The notes beneath the pieces were generated by a model. It saw only the letters and a list, made by a program, of their open reading frames with translations. It was not told the DNA's origin and made no database searches. Below, piece by piece: positions 25,561-32,000 of a DNA stretch of 32,000 bases (position 1 is the stretch's first letter; every line of letters begins with the position of its first letter). The DNA is from Candidatus Syntropharchaeum caldarium (GTDB lineage Archaea; Halobacteriota; Syntropharchaeia; Syntropharchaeales; Syntropharchaeaceae), in NCBI GenBank assembly GCA_001766815.1, contig LYOS01000002.1:90001-122000 (forward strand), written 5' to 3'. Made by a program: the position numbers and the translations under genes.

Positions 25561-26632
25561 TCCCTTTTCTCTTTATAACTCTGGTGAAGGATGCCAGCCG
25601 CTCTGCCGCATCCGCTGTAATCCCTGTGCCAAGTATCGTGTACCGCTCAGGGTTTATTGTATGCGCTATAGTAAGTGCTTCTATGATGTATTTATCATCG
25701 ATCCCCAGTGCCTCGGCATCAACAGGCGCACCGATATTCTGGAGTGCCGTGCGTATCATCTTCCAGTCGCCACCATGCAGGTGCATCATCATGATCGTGC
25801 CAACACCACACTGTTCCCCATGCAGCGCTGGCTCTGGTGCGATTTTGTCAAGTGCGTGGCTGAATTTATGCTCAGAACCAGATGCAGGTGCAGAAGAGCC
25901 TGCGATACTCATCGCAACACCGCCTGAGATGAGTGCTTTCACAACAAGACGCACAGACTCTTCAAAATTTGGTTTTATCTGGTCTGAAGACTCAATGATC
26001 ATCTTTGCAGTCATTTCAGCAAGTGCAGCAGCATATGCACTGTAAGGTGCGTTTATAAGCTTTGATGCAAGTGCCCAGTCCTTAACCGCCGTGATATTCG
26101 AAATTACATCACCACACCCAGAACGCAGTAACCTCGGCGGAGCTTTTACGATGATTTCAGTATCTGCAACCACACCAAGCGGCGATTGTGCAGCCACCGA
26201 GATCGACCCACGCTCCTCCTTGACAGAGGCTCTTGGAGATGCGATCCCATCATGGGCTGCAGCGGTTGGAACACTCAAAAAAGGCTTATTGATCCGGGCA
26301 GATGAGATCTTGGCAAGATCTATCACCGTTCCACCACCAACTCCTATAACAAAAGATGCTTTAACTTCTGTTGCAAGCGCATTCACATCATCGATGCGTT
26401 CTCGCCTGACGGAGTCGGTGACAAAAGGCACAGGATCGTATCCAGAAGCAGCGAGTATCTCGCAGACATGATTACCTGCTATTGAAGCTGTAATATCATC
26501 CATGACAACAATCGCAGAACCATGCAATCCCAGTTTCTGGCAGACATTGCCGACCTCCTCTATCACCCCATGACCAACAACGATCTCACGTGGTAACTGC
26601 ATCCACTTTGGAGTACCGGACTCGTTCAACAA
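25535..26632 (-). CDS. egsA: sn-Glycerol-1-phosphate dehydrogenase (archaeal lipid backbone)
   Basis: MQLPREIVVGHGV N-terminus, GGGTVIDLAK dinucleotide-binding motif and His-rich metal ligands (SGSEHKFSHALD, LHGEQCG), about 350 aa. Confidence 0.9.
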   Translation of the reverse strand: MLNESGTPKWMQLPREIVVGHGVIEEVGNVCQKLGLHGSAIVVMDDITASIAGNHVCEILAASGYDPVPFVTDSVRRERIDDVNALATEVKASFVIGVGGGTVIDLAKISSARINKPFLSVPTAAAHDGIASPRASVKEERGSISVAAQSPLGVVADTEIIVKAPPRLLRSGCGDVISNITAVKDWALASKLINAPYSAYAAALAEMTAKMIIESSDQIKPNFEESVRLVVKALISGGVAMSIAGSSAPASGSEHKFSHALDKIAPEPALHGEQCGVGTIMMMHLHGGDWKMIRTALQNIGAPVDAEALGIDDKYIIEALTIAHTINPERYTILGTGITADAAERLASFTRVIKRKGSDKNGYRD

Positions 26633-26774
26633 GTTTTTATACCTCTCCTTTACATCTTTCCCTGGTGATCTTCTGACAGTAAGGGATTTTATATATCAAT
26701 ACTATATCGATCCAATCGTCTGGGATACAGGATACAACCCTGTTAACACGCTGACATGGGCAATCCTGCTTGGA

Positions 26775-27470
26775 TTGTGCCTTTTTGGGCTTTTACGACT
26801 GCTCAAATACTTTGAGATTCGGATAGATACACGTTTTATCTTTTCTCTCATTCCTTATATCTTTGTTGGATCAACACTCAGAGTGATCGAGGATGCGAAC
26901 CTGATCAATCCACCACTCTCATATCTGCTCGTAACGCCCCTCATCTACTTTCTCGTCTTTGTGGTGGTTCTCACCATCCTGCTCGTATCAATCCGATTGC
27001 GCCCCCAATTTCATACACTCTTTGGTTCGTTCGGTATTTTCTGGGCGTTTCTCAATCTACTGATTCTTGTCATAGCTGAAGATGTCGTGAACCTCTGGGT
27101 ACTGCCCGCTGTTATCCTGATAGCGCTTGGGACAATCACACCTTTTTATCTGCTTCTTCGCACAAACCGTGAAAACATGATAATCCTCACTTCGCACCTG
27201 CTCGATGCTGCAAGCACGTTCATTGGTGTGGATTACCTCTCATATCATCCAAAGCATGTCATTGAACGTCTTCTGATCGAGCATACAGGAACCGCCTTCT
27301 CAATGATCCCATTGAAACTTACGATACTCATACCGCTCCTCTATCTGCTCGATCGTGAACTGCATGATGCTGCTGATGCGGACATCAAAGGGATACTCAT
27401 CCTCACGCTGATTGTTGTCGGGCTTGCACCTGCTATCAGAAATACTACGAGGATGGTTTTTGGGATCTGA
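26775..27470 (+). CDS. DUF63-family polytopic membrane protein; the 5' end is uncertain
   Basis: IPYIFVGSTLRVIED and multiple TM helices fit DUF63. The tracked start is TTG 26775, but the frame stays open and protein-like upstream (see finding). Confidence 0.75.
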   Translation: MCLFGLLRLLKYFEIRIDTRFIFSLIPYIFVGSTLRVIEDANLINPPLSYLLVTPLIYFLVFVVVLTILLVSIRLRPQFHTLFGSFGIFWAFLNLLILVIAEDVVNLWVLPAVILIALGTITPFYLLLRTNRENMIILTSHLLDAASTFIGVDYLSYHPKHVIERLLIEHTGTAFSMIPLKLTILIPLLYLLDRELHDAADADIKGILILTLIVVGLAPAIRNTTRMVFGI

Positions 27471-28770
27471 TCTCACGCATTCGCTTTACTTTCTTTTTTA
27501 TAAGATCACGTGTCCCGATATCATGCCTGCAGTCAAACTCCCCCGATATACCAGAAAGTCCGCGCTCTGCAATTTGCTCTGCCTCAACGAGATCCTCTGC
27601 AATACCAACAACCGCAATTGATCGGGATGTGCCTGTGTAGATCTCGCCATCAACCTCATTCACGCTTGCATAGAAGAGTTTCGCAGAGCCGATATCCCCA
27701 ACCGTGAGTTTTGTACCTTTTTTGGGATTTGCTGGATAACCTTTAGGAACAACATACTTGCAGACGGTTGCCATCGCACTGTAAGTTGTGTCAGGGAGAT
27801 TCCCATCTACAACCCCTTCCATGACCTCAACAAAATCGGTTTCAAGAAGTGGCAGGATGTTCATCGCTTCAGGATCCCCAAAGCGCGCATTGAACTCAAT
27901 CAACTTAACACCAGAAGAAGTCAGGATGAACTGTCCGTAAAGAATACCCCTGTATCCGCGGTCAAATTCATCACGCATCGCACGCACAGTATCCCTCATG
28001 ATCGAGACCCCTTCCTCATAATCGGTCTCTGTAATAAATGGTAAAAGTCCATCAGGACAGGAGTATGATCCCATCCCACCAGTATTTGGACCAAGATCCC
28101 CCTCATACGCCCGTTTGTGATCCTGAACTGCAGGAGAAACCCTTATCTTCTTACCATCCACAAACGCCTGAATTGTAAACTCTTCTCCCTTCAGGTTCTC
28201 TTCTATCACAACAGGTCTTTTGTTATCTTCAAGCAGTTTGGCTGCATACCGCTTTGCATCATCGAGTGTCTCGAGCTGGTCACCCATCGTCCGAACGCCT
28301 TTGCCACCCGTGAGCCATGTGGGTTTCACCGCAACATCTCCCAGTTCATCAATAAAATTCAAAGCTGACTTTTTTTCATCAAACACTCCAAATTCAGGCA
28401 CCCCCCTGATTGAGTGGTTAACCATAAACTGACGCGCCCATGCTTTATCGGTCTCAATCTGTGAAGCGTCCCTGGATGGAGCGACACAACGCACCCCATT
28501 CTCTTCCAGAAGATCGACAATACCTTCGCCAAGCGGTGCTTCAGGACCGATAATCGCAATCTCTGCCCCTATCTTTGCTGCGTATGTGTTAACCTTCTCA
28601 AGGTCCGTCTCCTTCGCGATTAAAAATCCACTGCAAAGACGCACGATACCTGGATTTCGATTGCCCATCACTGCATACAGCTCAACATCTCGTGAACTTG
28701 CCTTAATACTTGTCGCGATCGCATGTTCCCTGCCGCCTGCACCTACCAGTAAAACCCTCATACGTTCCAA
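27445..28770 (-). CDS. purD: Phosphoribosylamine--glycine ligase
   Basis: MRVLLVGAGGREHA N-terminus, ATP-grasp core and C-terminal domain, about 430 aa. Confidence 0.95.
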   Translation of the reverse strand: MERMRVLLVGAGGREHAIATSIKASSRDVELYAVMGNRNPGIVRLCSGFLIAKETDLEKVNTYAAKIGAEIAIIGPEAPLGEGIVDLLEENGVRCVAPSRDASQIETDKAWARQFMVNHSIRGVPEFGVFDEKKSALNFIDELGDVAVKPTWLTGGKGVRTMGDQLETLDDAKRYAAKLLEDNKRPVVIEENLKGEEFTIQAFVDGKKIRVSPAVQDHKRAYEGDLGPNTGGMGSYSCPDGLLPFITETDYEEGVSIMRDTVRAMRDEFDRGYRGILYGQFILTSSGVKLIEFNARFGDPEAMNILPLLETDFVEVMEGVVDGNLPDTTYSAMATVCKYVVPKGYPANPKKGTKLTVGDIGSAKLFYASVNEVDGEIYTGTSRSIAVVGIAEDLVEAEQIAERGLSGISGEFDCRHDIGTRDLIKKKVKRMREIRSQKPSS

Positions 28771-28835
28771 TCGGATAGTTCTGTTTTATCTTTTTCGGTT
28801 TACATATTCTGGACATCGCTTTTTTTTTCCAAAAC

Positions 28836-28843
28836 CTTTAAAT
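28836..28843 (+). promoter_or_regulatory. TATA-like box (CTTTAAAT) for hisB
   Basis: It lies about 23-30 nt upstream of ATG 28866, so the mRNA would be leaderless or nearly so. The alternative ATG 28842 sits inside this box. Confidence 0.4.
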
Positions 28844-28865
28844 GTCCTGCGGTAGGAATTGGTGT

Positions 28866-29462
28866 ATGGGGGAGAGAAAAGCAGACGTTAGGCGAAAGAC
28901 AGGTGAGACTGAAGTAAAAGTTCGGCTTGCGATCGATGGGGCTGGAAAGTCTGTGGTTAATACAGGGATACCGTTCTTTGATCATATGCTAAGTTCATTT
29001 GCACAGCACGGACTTTTCGATCTCGAGATAACAGCAGAAGGCGATCTTGAAGTTGATGACCACCACACGGTTGAAGATGTTGCGATTGTGCTCGCTGATG
29101 CGTTCAGGGAGGCACTTTCTGATTGCAGGGGAATTGTCAGATTTTCAGATGTTGTAATCCCGATGGATGAATCATATGCAACCTGCGCGGTCGATATTGG
29201 CGGAAGGGGGTATGTTGTTCTCAAGGGCACATTTCCAACTGAAAAGATCGGTAATAGCTTCTCAACCGAGAACATTCCTCATTTCATCACGACGTTTGGA
29301 ACAAAAGCCGGGATTAATATTCATGCTTCGGTTGGCGGATCGAATAGCCATCACATGGCAGAAGCACTCTTCAAGGCGATGGGGGTTGCGCTCGATAAAG
29401 CAACACTGATCGACCCACGAAAGCAAGCTATCATCCCCAGCAGCAAGGGCAGGATTGATTGA
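28866..29462 (+). CDS. hisB: Imidazoleglycerol-phosphate dehydratase
   Basis: RKTGETEV.V.L.IDG.G, FFDHML, DDHHTVED and SNSHH motifs. ATG 28866 gives the family-typical N-terminus; the tracked ORF starts at 28842. Confidence 0.95.
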   Translation: MGERKADVRRKTGETEVKVRLAIDGAGKSVVNTGIPFFDHMLSSFAQHGLFDLEITAEGDLEVDDHHTVEDVAIVLADAFREALSDCRGIVRFSDVVIPMDESYATCAVDIGGRGYVVLKGTFPTEKIGNSFSTENIPHFITTFGTKAGINIHASVGGSNSHHMAEALFKAMGVALDKATLIDPRKQAIIPSSKGRID

Positions 29463-29537
29463 ACCTGAGGTGGAGGGGGATTTTACCTCGAAAGTAGTAA
29501 ATGAATATTTTAAAAAAAGCTCTTTCCATAGAAAAAT

Positions 29538-29630
29538 TTTATATATAACATAGACACCTACTAATCTTGAGGTAATGGGTGATAAGATAAATTCTTGCTT
29601 TTCTCGGTGCATCCGAGAAAGGTTTTTATA
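29538..29630 (+). promoter_or_regulatory. Candidate tandem rRNA-operon promoters (TATA-like boxes at 29538-29545 and 29623-29630) flanking a short palindrome
   Basis: TTTATATA is preceded by purine-rich GAAAAA, and TTTTTATA is preceded by GAGAAAGG. An 8-bp stem tttctcgg/ccgagaaa (29600-29620) lies between them. Confidence 0.4.
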
Positions 29631-29753
29631 GGTGGCTAACTTAACCTCGATTACCCAATTATTCATGGAGACGGGAGAGGATATCTTCTGTCTGACACTG
29701 GCTCTAATAATTCGGCAAAATCCGATTGGTGGTGCAGAGTAGTGTGTCAATCA

Positions 29754-31231
<1,478 letters not shown>

Positions 31232-31309
31232 ATAATAAAAAAATAAAATAAAGATCAAACTGCTGATCGGATCGTCGATAAATTATTAGAGCCATTAAGG
31301 CTGGGACGG

Positions 31310-31381
31310 GGCTCGTAGATCAGTGGAAGATCGTCGCCTTTGCGAGGCGAAGGCCCTGGGTTCAAATCCCAGCGAGTCCAT
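31310..31381 (+). tRNA. tRNA-Ala (anticodon UGC) in the 16S-23S spacer
   Basis: Acceptor GGGCTCG/CGAGTCC carries the G3-U70 identity pair. D arm GATC/GATC, anticodon stem TCGCC/GGCGA with loop TTTGCGA, and T arm CTGGG-TTCAAAT-CCCAG. Confidence 0.95.
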
Positions 31382-31494
31382 AGATGCACTCTTGCGCGTA
31401 AGCGTTTGAGGAAGTGTTGATAGCACGCGTGATGCGATGCTAAATGAAACGATCATAAGTTCCAAGATCTGGACGCTAACTGGATATAGTGAGG

Positions 31495-32000
31495 CTAATG
31501 CTGGTAACTATACCATCTGGTGGATGGCTCGGCTCAAGCGCTGATGAAGGACGTGCTAAGCTGCGATAAGCCCCGGCGAGGTGCATGGAACCTTAGACCC
31601 GGGGATCTCCGAATGGGACATCCTGATGCGAAAGCATCAATCCGTAAGGATTGGGAACGCCCTGGATTGAAACATCTTAGTAAGGGCAGGAAGAGAAACC
31701 AAGAGGGATACCGTGAGTAACGGCGAGTGAAAGCGGCAGAGTCCAAACCGAATCCTTCTGTGAAAGCAGGAGGAGATGTGGGGTTGTAAGATATGCCATC
31801 TGCATCCCTCCCTGATGAAGTTGAAGTCCTCTGGAAAGGGGCGCCATAGAGTGTGATAGCCACGTAAACATAAATCAGCGGGATGTGGCATATACTTGAG
31901 TACCGTGGGTTGGAATTCCCGCGGGAAGCTGGGAGACACCAACTTCCAAGACTAAACACAGCTTGAGACCGATAGCGCAATAGTAGGGTGACCAAAAGCT
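31495..32000 (+). rRNA. 23S ribosomal RNA, 5' portion (continues beyond the window); the 5' end is approximate
   Basis: GGTGGATGGCTCGGCTCAAGCGCTGATGAAGGACGTGCTAAGCTGCGATAAG (from 31519) is the conserved domain-I start. That block sits about 20 nt into bacterial and archaeal 23S. Confidence 0.9.

Overview
Archaeal chromosomal segment. Archaeal markers are sn-glycerol-1-phosphate dehydrogenase, Cdc48, prefoldin alpha, ribosomal proteins LX and L10e, a PGF-CTERM sorting signal, and a 16S-tRNA(Ala)-23S operon whose 16S ends GGATCACCTCCT. That tail matches the GGAGG/GAGGTG Shine-Dalgarno boxes seen before many genes here. Gene content and my memory of 16S signatures suggest a Methanomicrobia/Methanosarcinales-like (possibly ANME-type) euryarchaeon; no database search was possible, so lineage is low confidence. 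I call about 33 protein genes, 4 tRNAs (Leu-CAA, Thr-UGU, Cys-GCA, Ala-UGC), a complete 16S rRNA and the 5' part of a 23S rRNA. Most genes are housekeeping: moaA, ilvD, the LX-pfdA-ftsY cluster, pcm, rpl10e, purD, hisB, egsA. The most interesting regions are: (1) a four-gene, translationally coupled operon (9982-12914) with an intact KaiC-like ATPase, a larger KaiC-like protein with degenerate P-loop and catalytic residues, and two paralogous small 3-TM proteins; (2) a cohesin-dockerin surface module (1-2573) made of a dockerin protein coupled to a double-cohesin/lamin-tail protein beside a PGF-CTERM protein; (3) a 1433-aa multi-PAS histidine kinase carrying a young 492-bp in-frame tandem duplication, followed by a CheB split into separate receiver and methylesterase genes; (4) an HTH-fused SPPY DNA methyltransferase with no partner endonuclease, wedged between moaA and cdc48, with an untracked 54-codon ORF coupled to it; (5) an EMC6-like small membrane protein gene overlapping the ftsY stop; (6) an AT-rich island encoding a cysteine-rich DUF116-like protein. 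No CRISPR array, transposase or integrase was recognised.
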